A stretch of 64,000 bases of DNA from NCBI GenBank assembly GCA_018238155.1, contig JABCTZ010000037.1, positions 32,001 through 96,000 on the forward strand, written 5' to 3'. Shown here piece after piece: positions 39,575 to 50,358 of the stretch (the stretch's first letter is position 1; every line of letters begins with the position of its first letter). This stretch comes from Candidatus Heimdallarchaeota archaeon (GTDB lineage: Archaea > Asgardarchaeota > Heimdallarchaeia > JABLTI01). The notes beneath the pieces were generated by a model. It was not told the origin of the DNA, ran no database searches, and saw only the letters and a list, made by a program, of their open reading frames with translations. Both the position numbers and the translations under genes were made by a program.

Positions 39575-42450
39575 CTACTATAGACGGCTATAAATTCAAG
39601 CCCAAAAGTTAAAACGTAAATCCATATTGGTGTGAATAATTCGAATTTTTTGAAAACTGGATATTGAATTATGAACATATTCTCAATCAAATTTATTATT
39701 GGAAAGCTTATTAGAACTGACATTAGCAATGGTACAAATGAAATAAAAAATAACTCAGAAGCAAAACCTAATCCCAAAAGCTTCTTGCTTACTCCAGTCT
39801 GATATTCGATTTCAATAATTTTATTTCTACTGCTTAATATCATACTTGATGTTGTGTATCCATATAAAAGTAGTAATAATATGGTAAAAATTGTTGTCAG
39901 TATTAAGATAAAATTTGTGAATTTGAAACTGCTCAAAACATTACTATAATTATAATCTGCATTAGATAAGGCTGTAATATCATAATCTCGGCTTAAAATT
40001 AATTGAACATTACGAATTGAGTTTTGATCCTTTGTTTTTATTAATAGTAGATTTGATTTTGTTATTTTAGTATTTTTTGCATTAAATTCTACTTGCGAAG
40101 CTGTCTTAGTATTTGTAACTAAGCTGAATGTAATATCAGTGTTAAATAATGGATAATAAGTATCCTGTAATTGTATCAAAGGAAAATACTGAAAACTTCC
40201 TACAAATGTTAATGGAAATTCGTTAAATACATCACAGAAATGTGAGTTGAAAAGAACACTATCTTCATCGAAATTATTCTTTGAAGCATATTCAGTATTC
40301 ATCAAGTATGTATTATCTATTACTAGCTCTTGAATTTCTTCTTCTGAAATAATTTCCTTTTCAAATTTTTCATAATTGATTATTTTGCTAAAATTTATTG
40401 GATCCTTGATTGCAAGAATATTTACAACGATTTTTTTTGAAATAAAGTGGTCATCGTCATTATATTCGAGTTTATACGTAGTTACCTCTGTTGTTAATTC
40501 TACATTAGGAATATTTTCAATTCCCTCAAATATTGTTGTATTGAAATTCCAATCTGGAATTATTATGTCCGCAAACCCTGACTGCAAATTTGCTTCAATT
40601 ATTACATGGTTATTTAATGAAGTTTGAAAAGTTAATCCAGGGATGATGCAGATACCAGACATTAAAATAATAGTAATTAATTGTCTATAATTAATGCTAT
40701 CGCTTGCCAAATTTTTCAATGAAAGCGAAATTGGGTTTCGCTTAATTTTCCAGAGCATTTTACTGAAGAACGTAGTAAAAATAATGAGTACTCTTGATAG
40801 TAAATAACTTAGAGAAAATGTAACCAATATGATTCCAATAAAAAATAAGCTTGTTGAAGTAACTAGCGTTGTTTGTAATATTGCTTGAGTTTCGTTAAAT
40901 GCTGTATCAGGTAAACCTACAAATAATAATCCAATGACTCCAAATCCGAATATAAACAAACCAGGAATAATTGTAATTAATTCTTCTATAGAAACTAATT
41001 TCTTGAATATTCGTTTCCGTAAATTCTGATGCTGCTGTGATATAACGATTGATGATTTGTTTAGAATTCTAACTTCGGATAAATAACCACTTGAGAAAAA
41101 AAGTATTGAATATATCAAGAGTGAATAAAATAACAATGGTTTAAAGATACCACCTAGAAATGCGATGAAATTTACATTATGACCAAATGATATGAGTGAA
41201 AATGCACTTAATATTACTCCAAGAACAATACCAATCAGTAAACAAGCTCCACTTAGAATAAGATTCTCTAGTAGTAAAATTTTTCGTATATTTTTGCCTT
41301 CTAGTCCTTGTTTCTTGAATAATTTGAATGTTGAATTGAGAAAATTTTTCTCTAAACTAAATATTGCCATAGAAAAATAAATCAAAATTGAAATTAGAGG
41401 AATAGCTAATGCAAAATTACGAACCGTATCTCTTAACCAAATACTGTTGAACTCTATTAAGAAATCTAAGATATCAGTATTCCAACTAAACGATTGTGAA
41501 TAAACTAAATTTTGATTTCCATATAAATCTGATAATGTCATGTGCCAATAAGAACGTGTTTTCTCAAATTTAGTGATATATGAAGGTATTTTACTAAATT
41601 TAATTGCTGTACTATCATAGATAAAGTCAATTGCTATGCCAATTATAGTTGCTATTTCAGGATAACTATTTACAATATCAAAAAAATAATCCTCTGTGGT
41701 AAATAATTTATGATTTGTATAAAAACTGTCAAAATTCTCTGAATCAATATATTTTTCCCAACTTAAAATGTCAGATGATCGATTTGCTTCAACAAATGCT
41801 TTCTCTAAATTTTCGACAATACCAACAATAGTAAAATTCTGTTTATAATCTGGTTGATTTCTTATCGCATATAAAGAAACAATATCATTTATTTGAAACT
41901 GATTTGAATTTGCTCCTGCTTTATAATATATAATCTCTGAATAATTTGTTGGAAATCTCCCTTCAGCAATATTTGAAGCAACCAATTGAAATTCTATTTC
42001 ACCAAATCCTGTTAACCCAAAGTATGGATTTGAAGTGCCCTCTTGGAAAAGTTGTATATTTAGAGAGCTTGAAGTCAATCCCTCAACAGCTAATCCCGGG
42101 ATTATATGGTCGAATTTGTTCTCAATTTCATTTGATACTTTGCTGAGGAGATTACTCTGAAAGTCAGGTTTTAAATTACCAGTGAATTGACAACTATAAG
42201 CTCCAATCCTTTGATCACTTGCCCAATTACTATTCTCATTAACATGATTTGAAAAGGAATTGATCTGATAAACATTCCAAGTCATTAGAAATGCACTAAT
42301 AAATATGAATATGAGAGATCCAACAACTAAGTTGAAAATGATTCTCTTTTTATTTATCTGGAGGAAGAATTTAGCAAATGGTCTGATTTGAATATTCCTT
42401 TTTATAGGATATTTCCTTCTGTTATTATTTTCCATTTCTTTATTTGCCAT
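39517..42450 (-). CDS. Large FtsX-like ABC permease
   Basis: TM, then an extracellular domain (EGRFPTNYSEI, FTIVGIV), TMs, GFADIII, and C-terminal TMs. Confidence 0.8.
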   Translation of the reverse strand: MANKEMENNNRRKYPIKRNIQIRPFAKFFLQINKKRIIFNLVVGSLIFIFISAFLMTWNVYQINSFSNHVNENSNWASDQRIGAYSCQFTGNLKPDFQSNLLSKVSNEIENKFDHIIPGLAVEGLTSSSLNIQLFQEGTSNPYFGLTGFGEIEFQLVASNIAEGRFPTNYSEIIYYKAGANSNQFQINDIVSLYAIRNQPDYKQNFTIVGIVENLEKAFVEANRSSDILSWEKYIDSENFDSFYTNHKLFTTEDYFFDIVNSYPEIATIIGIAIDFIYDSTAIKFSKIPSYITKFEKTRSYWHMTLSDLYGNQNLVYSQSFSWNTDILDFLIEFNSIWLRDTVRNFALAIPLISILIYFSMAIFSLEKNFLNSTFKLFKKQGLEGKNIRKILLLENLILSGACLLIGIVLGVILSAFSLISFGHNVNFIAFLGGIFKPLLFYSLLIYSILFFSSGYLSEVRILNKSSIVISQQHQNLRKRIFKKLVSIEELITIIPGLFIFGFGVIGLLFVGLPDTAFNETQAILQTTLVTSTSLFFIGIILVTFSLSYLLSRVLIIFTTFFSKMLWKIKRNPISLSLKNLASDSINYRQLITIILMSGICIIPGLTFQTSLNNHVIIEANLQSGFADIIIPDWNFNTTIFEGIENIPNVELTTEVTTYKLEYNDDDHFISKKIVVNILAIKDPINFSKIINYEKFEKEIISEEEIQELVIDNTYLMNTEYASKNNFDEDSVLFNSHFCDVFNEFPLTFVGSFQYFPLIQLQDTYYPLFNTDITFSLVTNTKTASQVEFNAKNTKITKSNLLLIKTKDQNSIRNVQLILSRDYDITALSNADYNYSNVLSSFKFTNFILILTTIFTILLLLLYGYTTSSMILSSRNKIIEIEYQTGVSKKLLGLGFASELFFISFVPLLMSVLISFPIINLIENMFIIQYPVFKKFELFTPIWIYVLTFGLEFIAVYSSWITNLIHVIKNYHPEKQE

Positions 42451-42455
42451 TGATA

Positions 42456-45362
42456 TTACTCCTCTTTAACAGCTCTATATTTGTTTAATTTATACCGAAT
42501 ACCTACAATCCATCCTATCATAACAAGTATTTCAATTGGAATCATCATTATAATAATTAGATACCACGGTGTCCAAAGGTTGAAACTGTTGTAAATCTCC
42601 TGTAGGTCAATAATCAATTTAGATAAAAGTAGAAAGAACAACTGACCATTAATTACAGATAATAGTACAGGTATAATTGTAATTATGAAAATTTCAAAGG
42701 TTAGATTTCTCCTAATTAATTCTCTACTTAAACCAGTTCTATATTCATATTCAATTATAGGTTTGCGTTTTGAGTATACATTTTCTGATAAAATATATCC
42801 AAGTAAAATCATAATGATTGAAGATAAGATAGTGCTTGCCTTTAGAAAATTGACTTCAAGAACATCTACACTTTGGTACAAGGTTCTTGATACTTCGTTA
42901 AAATTTTGATATTCAATTTTATAGATGTCTTGTAAAGTTCTGCAAATATCAGAAATATATGAATTTTCTTCTACTTTGATTAGAAGATTCTCAGATTTAG
43001 AATATATTGGATTTATATTGATTTCATTGAACATTTCCGCTGTTGAGTTTCCAGTTACTATTGAGTAAGCAATGTATTCTTCAGAACCAAAAGTATCATC
43101 ATAACTTGTTGGTATTAATGGAAAGTATTCAAAGTAGTCAATGTATTCTAATGAAAAAATCTTTGTTACTTTTCCAAAAATGGTTGTATACATTTTGTTA
43201 TCTTTATTGTATCTCCTTGTTTTCGCTTGATCTTTTTCAATCATAAATGTCAAATTATTTTCTAAAAGAATAATATCATCTAATGTATAGCTAACTGAAC
43301 CCAATTTCATATAATCAATTACTTGAGCAAATTGTTGTGGATTTTCTAATACAGTTAAATCTACTACTACTGTTATTGGATAGAGATTTTCTATCAGCGT
43401 TTATTATTCTCCATAATAATGTGAAACCACTGTTGATTTATCGATACCATTGATATTTTCAATTTCTACTTGGGAGTAATTATAGGAACCCCAATTAGGA
43501 ATTAAAATATCAGCGCAACCAATTGATAAGTTGCTCTCTAAAACGATATGTTTTTCAATCGATGTACCAATGAAAATACCAGGTATAAATGCAATACTGA
43601 TCAATGCGAGGATCATTGCGAATTTTTCATAATGCTTTTTGTTTATTTGAATGGATTTCAATGCAAGTGTTATATTTGATTTCCTTTCAAGCCATTTTTT
43701 TTCTCCAAAAGATACATAAATGAGAATTACTGCTTTTAAGATGAACAGTAATAAAACAGATGTAGCTATTACAATTCCAATATATAAGACAACCCAACCT
43801 ATTATTGCTATCAGATTTTGAATCAATGAATAGCTTCCAATATCTAAATCTCTTACTGGAATAATTCTTACAATTATTATACCAGGTGTAATAAGCAGTG
43901 TACCTAAACCTATTAACAGAAGTTCCATAAACGAGAAGATTTTTCTAAATTTAAACTTACTTTTTAAGTCTTTATCTTTTGGATTGGCAGTTTGTATCCT
44001 TCTAGCAATAGTTAATTCCATTACAATGCTTATAAGAATTAAACAAAATAAAATGGTAATCAAAATTATTATAATAAATGATTCTCCTAAACCAGAAATG
44101 TAGTTATTTAATGAAATACCATATTCATAATTTATTACAAATAAATATCCAAAAATGATTCCAAATATTATCCCAAAAAACGAACTATTTACTGCAACAA
44201 GTAAATTCTTTACTAATAAAGTATTGTTTATTTTGGAGTTTTCTATCCCTGACATTTTCATCTTTTTTATATTTGATTCTAATTGAGGTTCACCTATCTT
44301 ATACATCTCAATACTGATTAGAAAGATTGGAAATATAATTGGCAAGCAAATAATGAATGACTTTAGGGTTTCTTGAATCCAATAAATATTAAAGTTTGCC
44401 AGTAAAGCAAATAAATCCTCACCAAGAGAAATCTCAACCTCAGGGTCAATCATTAATTGAAAATTAGAGCCTATTTGTTTTTGATAGTTATTTAGATATA
44501 ATGATAATTTCCTGATGTTTATTTGCTCGGAATTGTAGTTAAAATCTACCATAACAGCTCTTCCATTATTCAATATTGGAAAATTGTTCAAAATATCAAA
44601 ATAGAATGTTTGACTTGTGATAAAACTTTCTTGACTAGAAAACATATATCTATAGTTTTCAATATAATTTCTCCAATTAAACAAATCTTGAGAATAACCA
44701 TTTTCAGCTACTGAATATGCAAGGTTTTTTACAATTCCAACTATTGAAAGATTTTGTGAATAAGTTTCTCCCTCAGTTGTAGTTTGAAAAATGATTTTAT
44801 CATTAATTTCTCTAATAATCGTATCATCTCTTATACAGTAAATAATTTCAGAGCTATTTTCAGGCATTCTTCCTTTAATCAAGTTATTTGATAAAATTTC
44901 TGTCAAATTATCATTCATAGTTAAAAATTCACATTTTGTTATTTCAGTTGAGTTATCTTTGAAATATATTTCTGAGCTCATTAAAGCTGATACATTATTA
45001 TTAGCAATCTCTGTGATGATCTCATTATAAGAATCCATTGCTTGAATAACAAATCGATCTAGATAATCTTCTGCATAATTCGGAACGAAATTGATTTCTA
45101 TTGTACTATAATATGAGCTAATTTTTTGATTGTTATTCCAATTGCCAGATTTAGTAAGAAAAGAATCGAATTCGTAATATTGATTTGAATACCAAATTAG
45201 AAGAAATGAGGTCAATATAGAGACAATTAATGTAAAGCAAATAAAAATAATAATTAATCTGTTTTTGTTGCTTTTAAGAAAAATCTTTAACAAATACTTT
45301 ATTCTAATCTGAGAAAATGTAGTTGTTAAACTAGCAAATGAATTCTTCTCCAAATAATTCAC
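42456..45362 (-). pseudogene. Second FtsX-like permease interrupted by in-frame TAA TAA at 43401-43406
   Basis: ORFs 43404-45362 and 42456-43310 share a frame. The read-through HYYGE**TLIENLYPITVVDLTVLENPQQFAQVIDY aligns with the paralogue's VVNILAIKDPINFSKIINY. Confidence 0.8.
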
Positions 45363-46004
45363 TTTCCACTGATTTCCTTAAAACTAAATAGTACTAAGAT
45401 GTGTTTAAAGTCTTCTGTTTATTCTGAATCTTTGAGTAATTACATTAGATTAAGAAAAAGAAATGCGAAGGAATATTTTTCATCGTATGATGTTTTCATT
45501 TGAATCTATGGGAGGATAAGTAAGCAAGGTGATTTAATATGAAGACACATGTCTTTCACTTACAATTCAGCAACAGAAAAGTTGTCAAAGGGATTAATGA
45601 CAAATTGAGAATCATTTACGTAAGATGGTATCTCAAGCTCTTGATTTATGCCTCTATGATTAATAAGATTTCACATGATATTTAGTGAACAACGAGTGTT
45701 GTATTTACTTTGTAAAGAGACTTTAATACCTCTTTTTATGTAAAAAAGTCCAATTTTCAAATCTTTCACCTTTTTATAGCAATTGACTTTCGCTATCTAT
45801 AATATTATCACCAGAATAATATTTATTTCTTCTCTTCATTTTTTCCTCTTTTTGCCTACTTTGGAACCCTTCCGAAAGTTTCTGTTCACTTAGTATATTT
45901 TCTCTCTCCTCCTAACTAATAGTATTTCAGTTGAAAGAAATAACCACATTTTTAGATTTCTTTACATAGACATAAAACATCACAGTGGAATTAATTTTAA
46001 CTTT

Positions 46005-47393
46005 CTATTTGCTGTTGATTTCACCTGAAACAAGAGCACTCGTTCGAGTGGTTCCTCCACCACCATCAACTTTAGCGGGTTGCCACTTCCCACAATGACC
46101 ATTCCCCATTTCTAGTCTCCAATCATTTGCCACGGCATCAATTGACTTTAGCACTTCGAATGCATTTCCTGTTACGGTTACATTCTTCACGAGTCCACCG
46201 ATTTCACCATTCTTTATTTCATAAGTTTCTGGCATGGAAAACATAAATTCTGCAGTGCTATCTGCTTGTCCTCCACCTGGACTTACTAGATAATAACCAA
46301 ATTTTATTCCCTCAAAGAGCTCTTCTTTCTTGAAATCACCTGGTTCTAGGTAAGTATTCCTCATTCTAATAAGTGGTTCGTGATTATATTCAAACGCACG
46401 TTCGTTTCCAGTCGGTTCCACACCAAAATGATGTGCAGAGAAACGACTATGCAAAAATGATTTCATTATCCCTTTCTCAATGATAACCGTTTTCTGTGGT
46501 TTTACTCCTGCATCATCTACTGGTAACCAACCTGAAGCATAATCTTGTTCTCCAGTATCTACCATTGTCACAAGTTCACTGGCAACTTTTTTACCGATGG
46601 TACCTTTTGCAGCACTTCCAGACATAACAAAATCGCTCTCAACTGTATGACCAATTGCTTCATGTGAGATTATCCCCACTACTTTTGGATCCATTACTAC
46701 GGTGTGTTTTCCTCCTTTTGCAAGAGGAGCATCAAGTAATTTCGTTGATATTCTAACAGCATTTTCAACCATTTTCTCAGGGGGTGAAATTTCAAATAGT
46801 TCCCAACCACCACATAATCCTCGAGCATCCATAAATGGCATCATTTTCCCTGCATCGTGTGCTATTGCTTGAACGTAAAAGTCATGTTTACTATCGAACA
46901 CTTCAGCATTTGATCCATCAGAATTCATAACTATTCTATGATTTTGATATTCTCGTAAAAAGATCAGTGAGCCTTTGATTTTCTTATCCGCTTTCAGAAC
47001 TAGTTGGTCTGTATCAGCAACAAGTTTTACTCGTTCTTCTATACTATGATTAACTAATGGGTCTTTCCCCAAAGATTTGAAAACACCTATTACAGGTTTG
47101 ATTGGTGCTAACTCAATCTTTTCTTTCATGCTTGGAGCTAGATTTCTGGCAGCAGCAATCGCATCATTTAGCGTTCTCTTTACTGTAGATTTGTCTAATT
47201 TACTGGTGCTCGCAAAACCCCAGGCGCCATCCACCAGAACGCGTATTCCTATACCAGCAAAATCATCAACAATTGCTTTCTGAAGTTTCCCTTTATTAGA
47301 GCGCACTTCAATTTTTTTTCTTTGATGATATCTTGCTTCTACATGAACGCCATCTGATCGTTTATCTATTACTGATTGTAGTAAGTCTTTCAA
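46005..47393 (-). CDS. tldD: TldD metalloprotease
   Basis: GIGIRVLVDGAWGFAS, HEAIGHTVESD, DDAGV, TGNERA, PLIRMRNTY, CGKWQP. Confidence 0.95.
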   Translation of the reverse strand: MKDLLQSVIDKRSDGVHVEARYHQRKKIEVRSNKGKLQKAIVDDFAGIGIRVLVDGAWGFASTSKLDKSTVKRTLNDAIAAARNLAPSMKEKIELAPIKPVIGVFKSLGKDPLVNHSIEERVKLVADTDQLVLKADKKIKGSLIFLREYQNHRIVMNSDGSNAEVFDSKHDFYVQAIAHDAGKMMPFMDARGLCGGWELFEISPPEKMVENAVRISTKLLDAPLAKGGKHTVVMDPKVVGIISHEAIGHTVESDFVMSGSAAKGTIGKKVASELVTMVDTGEQDYASGWLPVDDAGVKPQKTVIIEKGIMKSFLHSRFSAHHFGVEPTGNERAFEYNHEPLIRMRNTYLEPGDFKKEELFEGIKFGYYLVSPGGGQADSTAEFMFSMPETYEIKNGEIGGLVKNVTVTGNAFEVLKSIDAVANDWRLEMGNGHCGKWQPAKVDGGGGTTRTSALVSGEINSK

Positions 47394-47556
47394 TAAAAAA
47401 CACCGTTTGGATTAATTCTGTTATTTTAATAGAAAACTACTATATACAAGTATAATATTTTTTGGTTATCTTATAGAATTAGAACTGTAACTATATTACA
47501 AATAGCAAAAAATAATCAGCAGAAGAAATTGATGTGAGTAGAATTAATATATTCTA

Positions 47557-47811
47557 CTAATGCTTTCTTCTTTTGTCCGCTTTGTGGATAACACTGTAAT
47601 CTTTTATTTCATATTGTTTTATTGCAACCATATTTTCTCCACAGGAGACACAGAGAACGTTATTTGATTCATTTAAAGTTTTACAGTTTGGGCATTCAAT
47701 TTGCTTTTCTTTGGGAATGGTTGTTTTGTGTTTAGCTAAACTTTCTTCTATTAACTCTTTATCTCTTCTTTCATGTTTTTGTGCTTCATCTATTGGCATA
47801 ATATGTATCAA
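47557..47811 (-). CDS. Small zinc-ribbon protein
   Basis: ECPNCKTLNESNNVLCVSCG; basic C-terminus. Confidence 0.75.
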   Translation of the reverse strand: MIHIMPIDEAQKHERRDKELIEESLAKHKTTIPKEKQIECPNCKTLNESNNVLCVSCGENMVAIKQYEIKDYSVIHKADKRRKH

Positions 47812-47898
47812 ACATTTTTCCTCCTAGTATAAATTGTTCAAATGTATATTTAAGCATAAGTGAATAGTGGTTTAAAAAATAAAAATAAGGAGAGATAA

Positions 47899-48223
47899 CT
47901 ATTGATGTTTGCTTCTCTTCCGTGTCCCTCGCATTCCACTGAAATCATAGGGTTTGATATTTAATATTGAATAAAATTTATCCCGCAAGATGAACACGTA
48001 ACACTATTTGGTTCATTGAGGTTTTGATATTTAGGACAGACAATTTTGTGCCCTCCAGTTTGATCCGTTATCAGAGCTTTTTGGGAGTCTATCTACAATT
48101 TACTCATAATTTGTGTCCCTTCCGAAGAAATTTTCCACAATGTGGACATTTTACAGCTTGAATAATCCCTTTATCAAGAGAAGCGAGTTTCCAATTAATT
48201 AATCGTTCCATATCTATTTCCAT
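47899..48223 (-). pseudogene. Decayed paralogue of the neighbouring double zinc-ribbon gene
   Basis: KCPHCGKFLRKGHKL*VNCR /frameshift/ DSQKAL...VCPKYQNLNEPNSVTCSSCGINFIQY*IS /frameshift/ PYDFSGMRGTRKRSKHQ*, collinear with 48388-48708. Confidence 0.75.
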
Positions 48224-48387
48224 TTTAATTTTGAGTGAAGCTGTATTCAAAGTTGAGCAATCAAAATGAATTTTTTTTATGAAATCGTTTATTTGGATTC
48301 TTGGAAGCATTTTGGAACAAAAGAAAATTATTTAAAATTAAGTAAATATAAAAAAGGAGAAATCAAAGAGAAAAACCTCAATGATAC

Positions 48388-48708
48388 TTATGCTCTCTTT
48401 CTCTTTCGTAAAGCACTCAAGCCACTAAGATCTGGTGGTTTTGACATTTCATATTCAATATAGTTTACTCCGCATGAAGCACAGATAACGCTATCAGGAG
48501 CATTCAAGCTTTTACACTTAGGACACTCTTTTTCCATAGCAATTTTTTTGCCCGGATCTAATGCCATATTTGGATCATTTTGACAATAAGAACAAAGTTT
48601 TTTCCCGATTTTCGTGGGTTTCCCACAGTGTGGACATTTCCCAGTTACATTCTTTGCTTTTTTTGCTAAATCCTTTCTAAGTGCAAATTCTATTAAAGTA
48701 CTTCTCAT
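48388..48708 (-). CDS. Double zinc-ribbon protein with basic tail
   Basis: CPHC..CSYC..CPKC..CASC; RKRKRA. Confidence 0.8.
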   Translation of the reverse strand: MRSTLIEFALRKDLAKKAKNVTGKCPHCGKPTKIGKKLCSYCQNDPNMALDPGKKIAMEKECPKCKSLNAPDSVICASCGVNYIEYEMSKPPDLSGLSALRKRKRA

Positions 48709-48854
48709 ATCTTATCAAGAGCAATTGGGCTGAATGATTATATAAAGCTTGAGCTTTGTTTTAGGGATTAAAGTTATTTTTGAATAAAGATAGATGCTTT
48801 TTTGGTGCAAAAGAAAATTATTTATACCGTTATTAGCAAACACTATAACACTCG

Positions 48855-48914
48855 ATGGTGATGAAGTCCACCTTGACACCTGTCTGAACCGCATATGGCT
48901 GATGACTTCTACTT
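48855..48914 (+). promoter_or_regulatory. Fluoride riboswitch (crcB motif)
   Basis: GGTGATGAAGTCCACC...AACCGC-ATATG-GCTGATGACTTCTAC fits the consensus GGnGAUGrnGUyCnCC...AACCGC...GCUGAUGACyyCUAC; directly upstream of crcB. Confidence 0.93.
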
Positions 48915-48941
48915 TTAGAATTAAGGTGGAAAAAAGTAAGA

Positions 48942-49325
48942 ATGAATTCAATATTAATAGTTGGTATAGGCGGATTTGTAGGAGCGATTCTAAGATATCT
49001 CTTAAGCACTTGGATACAAAATGGTGGAGAAACATTTCCCTACAGCACATTAACGGTAAATGTTATTGGAAGTTTCCTACTAAGTTTGATAATGTTTACT
49101 TCAGAGTACATAGATATTTTTCCGGATGAAACAAGAATGTTTCTAACAGTAGGATTATTAGGAGCATTTACCACCATGTCTACTTTTAGTTATGAAACTT
49201 TCAAATTTTTTGAAATGGGTGAAATGATCATGCTAACGAAATATGTTGTTGGAACAATCGTTTTGACCCTTCTAGCAATTTATTTAAGTAAAACAATTGT
49301 TGTGGCAATTATGGGAGTAAAATAA
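48942..49325 (+). CDS. crcB: Fluoride channel Fluc/CrcB
   Basis: GGFVGAILRY, FPYSTLTVNVIGSF, VGLLGAFTTMSTFSYE. Confidence 0.95.
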   Translation: MNSILIVGIGGFVGAILRYLLSTWIQNGGETFPYSTLTVNVIGSFLLSLIMFTSEYIDIFPDETRMFLTVGLLGAFTTMSTFSYETFKFFEMGEMIMLTKYVVGTIVLTLLAIYLSKTIVVAIMGVK

Positions 49326-49356
49326 GAAGAGGAAAAGAGAAAAGAAAAACGAAAAA

Positions 49357-49440
49357 TGCCGGGGACGGGATTTGAACCCGCGAGTGCGGAGGCACAATGG
49401 ATTAGCAATCCATCTCCCTACCAGGCTAGGAAACCCCGGC
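49357..49440 (-). tRNA. tRNA-Ser(GCT), long variable arm, CCA not encoded
   Basis: GCCGGGG...ATGGA-TT-GCT-AA-TCCAT...GTGC-CTCC-GCAC...GCGGG-TTCAAAT-CCCGT-CCCCGGC-A. Confidence 0.95.
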
Positions 49441-49566
49441 GAATAGTCATAGATTATTTTTGTTTTTTCTGAAATTTGTTCATAAAGATTATGGTTAAAT
49501 TGTGATTAGTGTTTTTTAAAAGGTTTTTGAAAATAACTTAATAGGAATAGTGTACTATTTTTCTAT

Positions 49567-50274
49567 ATGAGCCATTTAGATGATTTTGCCATTCCAGAAG
49601 AGTATAAGGATCTTCTTACTCCAATTAGGGATAAACAAATAGAGTTGGCATCTGAAATTTCTCTCGAGACTCGAGTCAGTTTCAGTGATATTAGAATTAT
49701 TGCTGGCTTAGATGTTGCATTCTCAAAGAAAGATGATCTAGCTTGTGCAGGTATTAGTATCATTGATTCTCGTTCTTTTGAAGTATTGGAGGAGCAAGTA
49801 ACATTCTTTAAACCACGAATTCCTTTTATTCCTACTTTTCTCCATTATCGGGAATCCCCTGGATATCATAAGATTTTATCACAAATAAATGAAATGCCTG
49901 ATGTGTTAATCTTTGATGGTAATGGGATCATCCATCCTTTTGGGATTGGCATTGCTAGTCAAATGGGCTTAGAATTTGATATTCCTAGTTTTGGTATTGC
50001 CAAAAAATTACTTCTTGGTGAGTACGATAATCGTTTAAATCGTGGTGGTTTCTCAGATATCGTGTATAAAGAAAAAAATCTTGGCATTGCATTTCAGAGT
50101 CTTGCTCCACCAGCTAAACCCATTTTTGTTTCTCCAGGTCACTTGATTGATTTTAAGGCTATAACGAATATTCTTCGAGATTTTAATTTGCAGCAAAAAT
50201 ATCCTTCAAAATTACCTTTACCACTCGCGTTAGCAAATAAACTCGTAAAAGAAAAATTAAAGTTAGGCACGTGA
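49567..50274 (+). CDS. nfi: Endonuclease V
   Basis: IAGLDVAF, PFIPTFLHYRE, DVLIFDGNGIIHP, GIASQMG, GIAKK, PIFVSPGH, KLPLPL. Confidence 0.92.
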   Translation: MSHLDDFAIPEEYKDLLTPIRDKQIELASEISLETRVSFSDIRIIAGLDVAFSKKDDLACAGISIIDSRSFEVLEEQVTFFKPRIPFIPTFLHYRESPGYHKILSQINEMPDVLIFDGNGIIHPFGIGIASQMGLEFDIPSFGIAKKLLLGEYDNRLNRGGFSDIVYKEKNLGIAFQSLAPPAKPIFVSPGHLIDFKAITNILRDFNLQQKYPSKLPLPLALANKLVKEKLKLGT

Positions 50275-50358
50275 TTATCTTTTAAACAAAAAAATGATAA
50301 AAAATGAAAATAGGATTTCGCATAGTAAAAAATGAAGCGAAATTCTTTTCCTTATTGA

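Larger units (their letters stand above)
36774..46092. mobile_element. About 9.25-kb genomic island inserted in tldD, carrying an ABC transporter; no integrase seen
   Basis: Flanked by a 70-bp direct repeat, separates tldD from tldE, visibly more AT-rich, contains two broken genes. Confidence 0.75.

Noticed and set aside
43401-43406. Stop-codon reassignment
   Set aside because: TAA terminates many intact genes in this window
45539-45685. 48-codon ORF with faint similarity to an ISL3 transposase C-terminus (VVKGINDKLRII)
   Set aside because: Too short and weak; no other transposase motifs or terminal repeats
48104-48106. In-frame TGA at a Cys position as selenocysteine
   Set aside because: The same gene also has frameshifts, a TAA and a Cys-to-Tyr change, so a pseudogene is the simpler explanation
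48715-49129. ORFs 48715-49050 (-) and 48794-49129 (+)
   Set aside because: They overlap the riboswitch and crcB; shadow ORFs
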